Assembly (NCBI GenBank): GCA_951406725.2
Contig: OX597819.1
Coordinates: 30,938,001 to 31,002,000 of the forward strand
Length of the DNA stretch: 64,000 nt
DNA from: Octopus vulgaris
Taxonomy: Eukaryota
Reading direction: 5' to 3'
Part shown: positions 1 to 12,149 of the stretch, one piece after another
Position numbering within the stretch: the stretch's first letter is position 1
Layout: every line of letters begins with the position of its first letter
The notes under the pieces: generated by a model
Told to the model about the DNA's origin: nothing
Database searches by the model: none
The model's input: the letters and a program-made list of their open reading frames with translations, nothing else
Program-made: the position numbers and the translations under genes

Positions 1-57
1 ATATATATATGTACATACATATATATATATGTATATATGTACATATATATCTACATA

Positions 58-119
<62 letters not shown>

Positions 120-512
120 CATATATATACGTATAAATATATATATACACATATAAATATATATATATATATGTACATACATATATATATATGTATATAT
201 GTACATATATATCTACATATATATATATATATATATATACATATATATATGTATATATATACATATATATCTACATATATATATATATATATATACATAT
301 ATATCTATACATATATATCTACATAGATATATATATATATACATATATATATATACATATATATCTACACATATATATCTACACATATATATATATACAT
401 ATATATACGTATAAATATATATATACACATACATATACACATACATATAAACATATATATACATATATATATATGTATACATATATACATACATATACAT
501 ACATACATATAC

Positions 513-543
<31 letters not shown>

Positions 544-563
544 ATATACATATAAACATACAC
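1..563. repeat. Compound (TA)n/(TACA)n microsatellite
   Basis: Directly visible. Confidence 0.97.
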
Positions 564-564
564 A

Positions 565-1140
565 TCTCTTATGATAAAAGGCAGATTTTCTCTGCCTGTT
601 CCTATGTTCCTTTTTAATACAATTCTACAATATAGAATTTCTTCAATTAGAATTTACCTATGATTTTTCAAAGTAGATTCGATTGGGTCATGGCTTATAA
701 AGTTTTTTCAATTTGACCCCCAATTAAGCAAAAATTTGAGAAAAGTAAATATTTTACGATTTGCCTCTCTAATTTCAACTGCTTCACTCCTACTATTACC
801 ATACTTTCTCCTACTTTCTCTTTGCAAGTGTACCTTAAACCACTACTCAAAAAAAATACAGAGCAAACAGAAACAAATAAATACATAACGATTTACTCCT
901 CACACAATTTCTTCAATTGGAATTTACCTATGATTTTTCGAAGTACATTCCACTTGGTCATGGCATATAAATTTCTTTCAATTTGACCCCCAATTAAGCA
1001 AAAATTTGAAAAAGCTCAATATTTTACGATTTCCCTCTCTCACTTCAAAGGCTTTACTCCGCCTATTAGCACACTTTCTCTTTACACACATAGACACGCA
1101 AACATATACATATATGACAGTATCAATTGTTGAAAGAAAA
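565..1140 (+). mobile_element. Probable Helitron-type non-autonomous element, 5' part, with an internal duplication
   Basis: Starts TCTCTTATGATAAAAGGCAGATTTTCTCTGCC, the same start as the minus-strand element ending near 17733. Segment 637-810 is repeated at about 907-1080. No 3' CTAG end was identified. Confidence 0.45.
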
Positions 1141-1343
1141 TTATAAGCTAAGAAGGTGTGTGTGTGTGTGTGCGCATGTGTGTGTGTGAGTGTGTGTGTG
1201 TGTGTGTGGCTGTGTGTGTGAGAGTGTGTGTGTGTGTAGGAAGTGAAGGATAAAAATATAGCAAGAAGTGGACAGATGTACATAAATACATACATACATG
1301 TGTGTGTGTGTGTGTATGTATGTGTATTAATGTGTGTGTGTTA

Positions 1344-1731
1344 TCTCTCTATATATAAAGCTGAAGTTGTCTATGTGCGCCAGGTTTGGTAGCCTTCAAC
1401 TAACACTATCTCCTCCGAGACCCTGCGGCACAAGTTGATCAAAATTGAGAGTATAATAGAAGGGTTGCTCTTCCTTCCGTAGAAGATAAAATTCAAATCG
1501 CACCATGTTAACACCAAAAATTATTTATATCAAAAAGGTGCTTTTTTCTATGAAAATCCCTATTTTTTACGATTTTTTCACTGCTGTGTCGCCACTTTTC
1601 GGTGTATTTCAACCAGATAAATGTTCACTTGAAGAGAATAACAAGCTACATAATGCAAAATTTTTACTTTTCAAAAATTCCAATTCCAGCGGGTCGAAAC
1701 AAACCCGAGCAACGGCGGGCGATACTGCTAG
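1344..1731 (+). mobile_element. Non-autonomous Helitron
   Basis: A^TC 5' end. 3' GC hairpin CCCGAGCAACGGCGGG followed by GATACTG-CTAG^T. No TSD. Confidence 0.8.
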
Positions 1732-1748
1732 TATATATATAAGTATAC

Positions 1749-1779
<31 letters not shown>

Positions 1780-2034
1780 CACATATCTATATACATAACA
1801 TATATATCTATATACATACATATATACATACATATATATATATATACACATATCTATATACATACATATATATATATATACATACATATAGACATAACAT
1901 ATATATCTATATACATACATATATATATATATATATACATACATATAGACATATATATATATATATACACATATACACATATATACATACACACATACAT
2001 ACACATATATACACATATATATATATACATATAT

Positions 2035-2068
<34 letters not shown>

Positions 2069-2936
2069 ACATATATACACACATATATATATACATATAT
2101 ACATATATACACACATATATATATACATATATACATATATACACATATATATATACATATATACATATATACACATATATATATACATATATACATATAT
2201 ATACACATATATATATACATATATACATATATATACACATATATATATACATATATACATATATATACACATATATATACATATATACACATATATATAT
2301 ACATATATACACATATATATATACATATATACACATATATACATATATACACATATATATACATATATATACACATATATACATATATACATATATATAC
2401 ACACATATATATATATATACATATATACACATATATATACACATATATACGTATATATACACATATATATATATATACATACACATATATATATACATAT
2501 ATACACACACACATATATATACATATATACACACATATATATATATACATATATACACACATATATATATATACATATATACACACATATATATATATAC
2601 ATATATACACACATATATATATATACATATATACACACATATATATATATACATATATACACACATATATATATATATATACATATATATACACACATAT
2701 ATATACATATATATACACATATATATACACATATATATACACATATATACACATATATATACATATATACATATATATACATATATATATATATACATAT
2801 ATATACACATATATATATACATAATATACACATATATATATACATATATATACATATATATACACACATATATATACATATATATACACACATATATACA
2901 TATATATACACACATATACATATACATATATATACA
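1732..2936. repeat. Long (TA)n/(TACA)n microsatellite
   Basis: Directly visible. Confidence 0.97.
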
Positions 2937-2937
2937 T

Positions 2938-3359
2938 CACGTAAAAGCACCGTCCGCTCGTGGCCGTTTGCCAGCTCTGTCTGGCAACCGTGTCGGTGGC
3001 ACGTAAAAGCACCATCCGTTCGCGTCCGTTGCCAGCTCTGTCTGGCCCCGTGTCGGTGGCACGTAAAAGCACCATCCGTTCGTGTCCATTGCCAGCATCG
3101 CCTGGCCCCGTGCCGGTGACACGTAAAAGCACCATCCGTTCGTGGCCGTTCGCCAGCTCTGTCTGGCACCTGTGCAGGTGGCACGTAAAAAACACCCACT
3201 ACACTCGCGGAGTGGTTGGCGTTAGGAAGGGCATCCAGCCGTAGAAACACTGCCAGATCTGACTGGGCCTGACGAAGCCTTCCAGCTTCACAGACCCCAG
3301 TTGACCCGTCCAACCCATGCCAGCATGGAAAACGGACGCTAAACGATGATGATGATGAT
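2938..3359 (+). mobile_element. SINE-like retroposon with (GAT)n tail and 60-bp internal tandem units (family C)
   Basis: Four ~60-bp units (CACGTAAAAGCACC...GTGCCGGTGG), then CACCCACTACACTC...GGTTGGCGTTAGGAAGGGCATCCAGC...CCAACCCATGCCAGCATGGAAAACGGACG and (GAT)n. Other copies at about 14393-14604(-), 23850-24056(+), 29878-30196(+), 33404-33790(-), 53268-53529(+) and 60534-60949(+). Confidence 0.8.
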
Positions 3360-3516
3360 ACATGCATATATATATACATATATATACATGCATATATACA
3401 TACATATATATACATGCATATATATAAATACATACATATATATAGATGCATATATATATACATATATATACATACATATATATACATGCATATATACATA
3501 CATATATATATATACA

Positions 3517-3554
<38 letters not shown>

Positions 3555-3768
3555 CATATATATACATATATATATACATACATATATATACATGCATATA
3601 TACATGCATATATACATACATATATATACATGCATATATACATACATATATATACATGCATATATATACATGCATATATATATATATACATACATATATA
3701 TATACATATATATACATACATATATATACATGCATATATATATACATATACATACATATATATACATA

Positions 3769-3806
<38 letters not shown>

Positions 3807-4189
3807 CATATATATATACATATACATACATATATATACATGCATATATATATACATATATATACATACATGCATATATATACATATATATACATACATG
3901 CATATATATACATATATATACATACATGCATATATATACATATATATACATACATATATATACATGCATATATATACATATATATACATACATATATATA
4001 CATGCATATATATGTATATACATATATATACATACATATATATACATGCATATATATATACATATACATACATATATATACATGCATATACATACATATA
4101 TATACATGCATATACATACATATATATACATGCATATACATATATATACATGCATATACATATACATATACATACATGCATATACATAT

Positions 4190-4248
<59 letters not shown>
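3360..4248. repeat. (TA)n microsatellite with TACATGCA variants
   Basis: Directly visible. Confidence 0.97.
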
Positions 4249-5897
4249 ACAGGCATATTTCAGTTTCCATCTACCAAATCCACTCACAAGTTCTTGGTTG
4301 GCCCAGGGCTATAGTAGAGTGGGATTGAACTCAGAACCATAAGGTTGGGAAGCAAACTTCTTATCACACAGCCACATTTGCACCTATTATATCACTTTAT
4401 AAACATATTTAAAATATTTACAGAAAGAGACAAAGAAGTGTGCATACAGTGTGTGTGTGTGTGTACATGCGTGCGTGTGTGTGTGTAACTTAAATATGAA
4501 TAAACTATTACCTTGCAGGTGAAACCTTTCATATTGTGAAAACACCTGCATACACACATGGAGAGGGCATTCATACCTGTTTTGCTATCCGGCAATAAGG
4601 TATCTGCATATAAATTGATGAAGCAAATATCTGGCAGCGGAATTTAATCCCTTTCCTTTTTCTTGGAATTCAAACATGAATAACAGCATAAATGTAATCA
4701 GACTTGAACTCCTAGCTGTGTTCTTTCTGAGAAACTATCATGAACCCACATGTGTGTGTGTGTGTGTGTAAGAGAGAGGAGAGAGAGAGATTGAGAGAGA
4801 AACTGTGTCCAATCCAAATCAAAGACTTTATTGTCTACATTTAATACTAATGTACTATCCACTTAAGTGCTCATCTACATAAAGCACTATAATGCTTGCA
4901 TATTCTAAACTAACAAACATCAAGAAATAATTTATATTTGTGTATACATGTATGTCTTTATGTATATGTATGTATGTCCATGACAACTAAGCTTATGACC
5001 CCTTAACCCCTTGTTGAGATTCTTTTCATGTTGTCCTTACAAAGGTAGGCCAGATTGAAGCCATTTCCTAATGTAGGTTTCTCCTGGTGAAGAAATCAAC
5101 CATACTTGGTAAATCCAGCTTGCCCTTCTCTCTCACTGTTGGAAACTATACCTCACAATACTTTATGACTGAAGTCAGCTGTCTGATCATTAAGCCATGA
5201 AAATTTTTCATCTGATTCTTGTATGCTGAAGGTGCATGGATTAGTTGTTAAAATGTTGGACTCACAACCATAATATTATGGTTTCAATTCCTTGACTGCA
5301 AAATGTGTTGTGCTCTTCAGCAAAATTTTTCATTTTACATTGCTTCAGTCCACTAAGTGGATAAAAATAAGTAATCCTGCAACAAAGCAGCATCTCATCC
5401 TGTGGGGAATATGTGTCCAGAAAGAGAGAGACCAGCCTTATGAGTCTATATGACTTGGGAAGTACCTTCATTCTTTGTACCCTATACAGTTTCCAGCACA
5501 ATACAAAAGAATGGTCAAAACAGCTGCTCTCTAGATCTTACGCTCGATTCTCATAGAGACATTTGGATTATTTCATAGCCATTAAAGCAGTAATTCAAAT
5601 GCTGTGCATGCCTCTGCCATTCTCTCTTGTAGTTTTCACTATCAATTTGCCCATTTTTCAGTGGTGTTTTGCCAAATTACATAAAGTCTTTTACACTCAA
5701 CAAATTAATGCCATCAGCTCTGATAAATTCTTCAGATCCTAACAGGGTTTGGATGCAGTAGCAGTTGTATGTTTTTGATTGTTTACCTAGAGTTAAATTA
5801 TTTTAGATGCAACAGATACATCTGCAATCCTCTTCATATACTTTTGTGTATGAGCAATTAGGCATGTCATCTATATATCTATCCATCCATTTATCTA

Positions 5898-5928
<31 letters not shown>

Positions 5929-6714
5929 CCAAACATGTCTACGTAATAACTACTAATAAAAGCACAAGGGCCTATAATGTTCATGACTGCTTTATTTATT
6001 ATATTATTGAACAAACAGCACTTGAATGAGTCATCAGTTTGAGTTTTAGCGCAATCGCTGTCTTTGGGCAAATCATTTAAATTCGTTTTCTCAGCAGGAA
6101 TAAATAGCTGGCAAATACATGTTACGAAAACTCTGAGTAATTGCATTACTTCTTAAAACATAAAATCTCAATCTTTTAAAAAAAAACTTGCGCCCACATC
6201 ACATTCAAACATCCAAACATTTACAAACTCATTAAGCACAGGTTAGCAACAAAAATATGAACTCAAACCAGTTGTCAATATACATATACATACACAGATA
6301 TATAAATATGTAGACATATATGTATATACACACACACACACATATATATATAGTTTGTGCGTGTGTGTGAGCATGTACAGATATGTGTATGCAAATATGT
6401 ACAAGTTTATGTTGGTATGTTAATACGTATCAATATATGAGTTGAGGGTTTATATGTAAGCAGGCATTTATTTGTATTTTCACATATGTCAGAATATATA
6501 TATATATGATTGTACATGTGTGGGGTGGGATACATGTGTAGTCAAATAGATGAACTTGGGATATAATTAAATCATTTATGTCACAGTGTCTCTGTTCATA
6601 AGGAATAGCATCAACAGGTTTGCAAATTCTCCTCCTTATAAACCTAATACTAATAGAGACAAAGGACCAAAAAAATGAAAGGCCATGTGAAATAAAATAA
6701 TTCATTTTATGCAA

Positions 6715-6867
6715 TATATATACATTATATCATATGTATATAATATATATATATTTATAATACATATGTATATTATATATATATATATATAATACATATG
6801 TATATTATATATATATATATATAATACATATGTATATTATATATATATATATAATACATATGTATAT

Positions 6868-6898
<31 letters not shown>

Positions 6899-7042
6899 AA
6901 TACATATGTATATGATATACATATATATGTATGACCTATATATATATTATATATATATACATATATATGTATACATATGTATATATAAATTACATGTATA
7001 TAATATATATATATTCAATATATATAATATGTATAAATAAAC

Positions 7043-7073
<31 letters not shown>

Positions 7074-7162
7074 GTGTACATATGTATAAATAAATGATGT
7101 ATAAAAGAACAAAAGAATATATATATGTTATATACACAACATGTATACATCATCATTATACA

Positions 7163-7216
<54 letters not shown>

Positions 7217-7420
7217 ATATACATAAATGTATATGATATATATACATAAATGTTTATGATATGTGTGTGTGTATATATATATATATATACACATATATGT
7301 ATATATACATAAATGTGTATGATATATATATGTATGTATATAATATATATTATATACATATATATATATGTATGTATAGAATAAATATATTATACATTAT
7401 GTGTGCAAATATTACATACC

Positions 7421-7480
<60 letters not shown>
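6715..7480. repeat. (TA)n/(TG)n/(CT)n/(CA)n microsatellite cluster
   Basis: Directly visible. Confidence 0.92.
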
Positions 7481-7482
<2 letters not shown>

Positions 7483-8701
7483 CAATATGCTAATACAGAA
7501 TAAAGATGAAACGAAGTAGCTCGGTTTGCAACGAATAGCAGCTAAATTTCCCTCAAATATCATCCTGCCGTTTTAAAATAAAATTTTAAAAAAGAATACA
7601 CTGGTAATAATATATTGTTACCCGTTCCCCAGGAGGAAAAAAAAAGATAGATAATAAATAAAACAATGGGGAGGGTCACCGGTGGAATGTCTTTGATTAT
7701 AGGTGTGTACGATCAGGAGCTGACTTATGGAGACAAGGGTTTTTATTAACAGCAACTACGCCAGAAAACATACGCACACACGGACACACGAATAAATGAC
7801 TAATTATAAAATATATATCATTATCATCAACATAACAACGACAATAATAAAAAAAAAAAGCTACAATAATGTCGTAATTAAGTTATTCAGTTAAGATAAT
7901 AAGATAGCAGAGACACATAATGGGAAGACATAGGCGTCAGTAAAAAAGCGGCTAAATTTCTTGATTCTCCATACATTTAGTACGGGGTATAAAACGGCTA
8001 TGGGTTTGACAAATGTAGAATCGACGTTGAGGAAGATTCTTATAAACGGGTACGCCCTAATATGCGGGTAGAATTCGAGAGACAACAGCTCGATGTATAT
8101 AGACAGACACGCACAAACAATAAATAATAAATGATAACGATTCCTATTTTCATGTATGTATATCTATAGTGTGTGTATGTTTTCCTATGCGTATGCATGT
8201 TTTCTATACGATGTGTGTGTATGTGTGTATGTATGTATGTATGTATGTATGTATGTATGAAGGTATGTATAGAGGTATGTATGTATGTACGTGCTTATGT
8301 ATGCATTTATGAGTGTGTGTTTTCACCACCCACACATACGCGCGCGATCGATAATGTTAAGAAAATAGGTGGATAAGTTCATTTTTGTTAACATTTAATA
8401 AGAAATGTTCCTAAGATAAAATAAACGATATAAGAAATAAATTATTTGTTATTGTTTGCTTTTTCCTTTCATTCTTATTTCCTAAGATTAGAAAGAAAAA
8501 TAAATATTTTAATTAAGATTTTGAAGCAAAAGAAAAAATCTAGAGTTTTTTGTTTGTTTTTTTTACTTTATATTCCTATTATTCGAACTTTAGGTTAAAT
8601 ATAGGAGGTTCCTAGGAGGTGTCAAATAAGATAAAGATTTGAAAACATTGTCAATGGAAAAAAATTGTGTAATGATAGAGGTTACATTTAAATTAGCTTA
8701 C

Positions 8702-10670
8702 CTTTCGGAACAGAACCTTCGATCTGCTTACCATTCGCTAACCCATGTGATCTGCTATTCAAAAAGTTAATTTCCTCAGGTTTCTCGGTAAGAGAAACGT
8801 TGGTTTCGTGGCTCTTCGATTTGTCATCGAATTTATTGAATCGGAAATCAAACGGTGAAGAAATACGCTTCCGATCAAAACCCCTATCTGAAGACCATAG
8901 TCTAGAATCCTCAATAGCACCTGTTGACCGTGTCATAACATCATCATTCACTTGTGATCGCCTTTCAGGCTTGACTAAAGTCGCACTGCTGTGCAAAGGA
9001 GTCTCGATGAAGTCCCCATCTAATTTCCGATAGCTGACAATGTGGATCTCTTTGTGCTTCTTAGAACCCAACATGTTGCTGCTGTTGATATTACTGGTTT
9101 CCGTGACTATTTTATTTTCTTCGTGACCATTCTGGTGGTCGTTCTGGTTGCTGCCGATTTCAGCCTCGCTTTTATCACACTCAACTTCGATCTCAAGATC
9201 ACCAGACTCTCTTCCCGCTACACCAACGACTGGGTTGTTCTCAGGCGACTCGGCTTCTACTTCTACTTCGTTCGCTACTTCACTCAATAAAGACGTCTGC
9301 TCAGTATCAGCAACACACGCTTGTTTACACTGACTTTCGTGTGTCTCGGATTTTTCGAAATGATCGTCACCTTCCTGTTCTTTCTCAGAAAATTGGGGTT
9401 TCTCTTCGTCTTTATCAACGAAAGGCTTCAACAAGTCTTTAGTTGGATCGGATCCGCTAAGTGAAGCACGAGATGAATGGGATCGATATTCCGCTGCTAT
9501 GATCTCTTCCCCGTTGCTAGTGAAACTACTACTACCTTGACAGCTACAGTTGCGAGCTGTGTTTGCTTGGCTTGATAGTAAACTCGTTTTTGTATTTAGT
9601 CCCGCTGATAAAGGCTGTTGTTGACCTACTGAATTGACCTGATTGTTTGTCGTTAATCTTTTACTCAGTGTATTACTGTCACCGCCAACTGGTGATGTTG
9701 ATGAATTAACACTGTTTATAGCAGCACTCGACTGACCAGTGGCATTATCAATGTTTTCCTCTATAGAACAAGCATTACTCTGATTAGTGCTGCTGATGTT
9801 ACTGTTGCAGCTGCTGCTACTGCAACTAGGGGTGCTACTGTTGCAGCTATTGTTACTCTTAAGCGCAACACTTAAACCAGAGTCCTTCATAGATAAAGAC
9901 TTTTTAGGTTTGGGGGGTAGACTAGGCGGTTTAGGTCTTTTGGTGGATTTAAAACTTGATGACAATTTATTCTCGTTTGTGAGAGAGCTTGTGTGACTAT
10001 TAAAACTGTCAGTATTTTCATCTTCGATCCCAGGCGACACGCTCGCTACACGGGGGCGATTCCTGGGCAATTTAACTGGCTGTTTGACTGGCGGCTTCCG
10101 TATTAGGTTTTTCTTAGGAATAGGCGTAGAAAAACTGTGGGTAAGTGGTGATGTTACCGGCTTTTTATCAGACACATCATTTTCTTGATTCAGACTTGCA
10201 TCTAGTTCTTTGTTTTCACTTTCAGTTCCGAGCATGGTTCGCCTGGTAAGGTGATAATCGACACTATAGGGACGATTTTTGGTTGAGTCAGGATCATATT
10301 TGCAGTCAGGCGCAGCATCTGAAGGTTCGGTCTCCCGATAAAAATCGTCTGCATAAATATGTTTTGAAATAGCAACAGTCTCAGTGGCTAGTTTCCTGAT
10401 TTCATTCGCAATAGAACTGGAATTATCAAACTTATTTTCATCTTGCTCAGAAGTCTCTTGAATTCTTTCCACAAACACTTTTAAGAACTCCTGTAATAAT
10501 TTCAGTTGCTTAATTCTTTTCTCCAAATCTTGCATTTCTTCCTCAGACTTACTGATGACATCCAGTAACACAGATGTACAGATCTTTTTATCTTTTGGAA
10601 TAATTTCAGGCAGAACATCATCAGGAAACTTTTCCTTCCATTCAGTCTGAAGTTTGTCAAAAAGTTCCAT
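8702..10670 (-). CDS. BCR: First coding exon of a BCR/ABR-like Rho GEF/GAP protein (N-terminal oligomerisation coiled coil plus long Ser/Pro-rich disordered region)
   Basis: Non-repetitive 660-codon ORF. Its N-terminus (MELFDKLQTEWKEKFPDDVLP...EEEMQDLEKRIKQLKLLQEFL) resembles the BCR oligomerisation domain (W-K-x-x-FPD followed by a heptad coil). An in-frame TAA lies upstream at 10697-10695. Donor AAAG|GTAAGC places the exon end at 8702 (phase 1), so the ORF's last residues are intronic. No DH/PH/GAP exons were seen, so the family call rests on the N-terminus only. Confidence 0.72.
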
Positions 10671-10746
10671 TGTTCTATCTAAAAAAATCTGCTCTTATTT
10701 CCTAAACCATAATTTTTCATTTGAATTGAAATCTGGTCTATAAATT

Positions 10747-10775
10747 CTGAAAAAGATTAAAAGAATTAGAATAGC
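10747..10775 (-). promoter_or_regulatory. Splice acceptor (branch point, polypyrimidine tract, CAG) opening the large exon at 10746
   Basis: Minus strand reads ctattCTAATtcttttaatctttttCAG|aattt, leaving 76 nt of 5' UTR before the ATG. This implies an upstream non-coding exon. Confidence 0.7.
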
Positions 10776-10924
10776 AATAGAATCAACAACAACAGCAACA
10801 ATAATGATTATTCTTCATTAGACTAAAGATTAATTTCTATAAAAAAAAAAAGAATAGAGAAAATCAACTGCATCAATATTGGTATATTATAGATATTAAA
10901 ATATTTTAAATCAAGGTTGGCCTA

Positions 10925-11267
10925 GACTGTAAAGACCCCCTTCGGTCATGAATGACCATGGGATTGCACCTAGAAAGTTACCCTCCTAGACACAAGTCCG
11001 GGCAAGGTTGTTTATGGAAGACCAGCAGTCGCCCATGCATACCAGCCTCCCCTCTCCACACCACCAGTGTTATCCAAGGGAAAGACAAAGGTCGATACAG
11101 CTTGGCACCAGTGACGTCGCAACTCATTTCTACAGCTGAGTGAACTGGAGCAACGTGAAATAAAGTGCTTTGCTCAAGAACACAACACGCAGCCCGGTCC
11201 GGGATTCGAGCTCACAACCTCACGATCGTAAGCTCGACACTCTGACCACTGAGCCATGCGCCTTCAC
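10925..11267 (-). mobile_element. tRNA-derived CORE-type SINE (tRNA-Arg-like head; possibly related to octopus OR SINEs)
   Basis: Head GGCGCATGGCTCAGTGG (A box)...CTTACGATC (ACG anticodon-like)...GAGCTCGAATCCC (B box), then CORE-like GTGTTGTGTTCTTGAGCAAAGCACTTTATTTCAC...CACTCAGCTGTAGAAATGAGT. Confidence 0.78.
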
Positions 11268-11594
11268 TAAACAATACAATATCACAAAATACCCTATTCT
11301 GCATCAACACAGGCCAATCTTCACAATAAAACAAAAATGCTGAAAATGAAAAATCACATTGACATGCAAGGGACAAGGTTTCTTTCTGCAGCCAACTTAA
11401 ATCACAGTCACTTCTATTGTATGCTCAATCACTCCCAAATACCCAGGTACCTCTACATTTACTACGACACCATTCTAAGTAGACTATACCTTCTCCTCAG
11501 TCTGGACAAACAAAGTGCCTGCTTAATAAAGTAAAAGTAATAACTTCATTGGCCCCCCAAACTCTGTTCAGAGATGCACACTAGCACAGATATG

Positions 11595-12008
11595 GGATCT
11601 TTTCGGTTTGAACGGCAGTTTTTAAAAATAATTTCTAGATAACTAAAAAATTTTAAACTTCGTATACTGATAGAATGTGTTTATAAAACATCTTTTTCTC
11701 TTGGCTTTATTGAGAAAATTCTATAGTTTGTAAGATATTTGTTGGTTTTTTTTCTTCAATTTCTGCAATTTCAACCAATCAGTGACATCTATTGAGGTAA
11801 AAAAAAACATTGTGCCGTATGAATATGTCCCTCGTTTAAGAAACAGATTGGGTTTATTTACATTTGTGATGAAAAAAAGATACCCTTCCCCCCACTCTTA
11901 ACCCTGAAACAGATTGAAATGCAATAGATCGATACTAGGGTCATAATTATGGGTGACAATTTTATATGACACCGCTAGAAAAAACTGCCGTTCAAACCAA
12001 AAAGATCC
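11595..12008 (+). mobile_element. MITE (~410 bp) with GGATCTTTTCGGTTTGAACGGCAGTTTT TIRs, Merlin-like
   Basis: ~28-bp TIRs. Same family as 26718-27129, 42227-42645, 46823-48229, 49786-50189 and a partial copy at about 20555-20724. No clear TSD on this copy. Confidence 0.85.
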
Positions 12009-12149
12009 CATATTTTTTATGTTCTATTTATTTGTCAGTCATTGGACTGCAACAACCATGGAGCATAACCTTGAAGGGTTCTTTTATTATTTCCTTTAGT
12101 CAAACAAATTGATCCCAATACTTTTTTTTTTTTTTTAAGCTTGGTACTT

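Noticed and set aside
9-565. Overlapping ORFs in both directions
   Set aside because: Microsatellite artefact
2938-3190. Regularly spaced 60-bp repeats resembling a CRISPR array
   Set aside because: The whole unit repeats with no unique spacers, there are no cas genes, and it is part of a eukaryotic retroposon
1609-4342. Very long ORFs (300-787 aa) rich in Y/I/H/T/M/C/V
   Set aside because: Translations of TA/CA microsatellites that lack stop codons; the non-repetitive part is a SINE
8688-8701. ORF end GKLI* as the true C-terminus
   Set aside because: A strong AG|GTAAGC donor precedes it, so it is likely intronic read-through
8800-9996. Plus-strand short ORFs overlapping the large exon
   Set aside because: Antisense shadows of the real minus-strand CDS
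11190-11267. tRNA-Arg gene
   Set aside because: The tRNA-like segment lacks a proper acceptor stem and continues into a SINE body; the same applies to heads at 29470, 36840 and 38031
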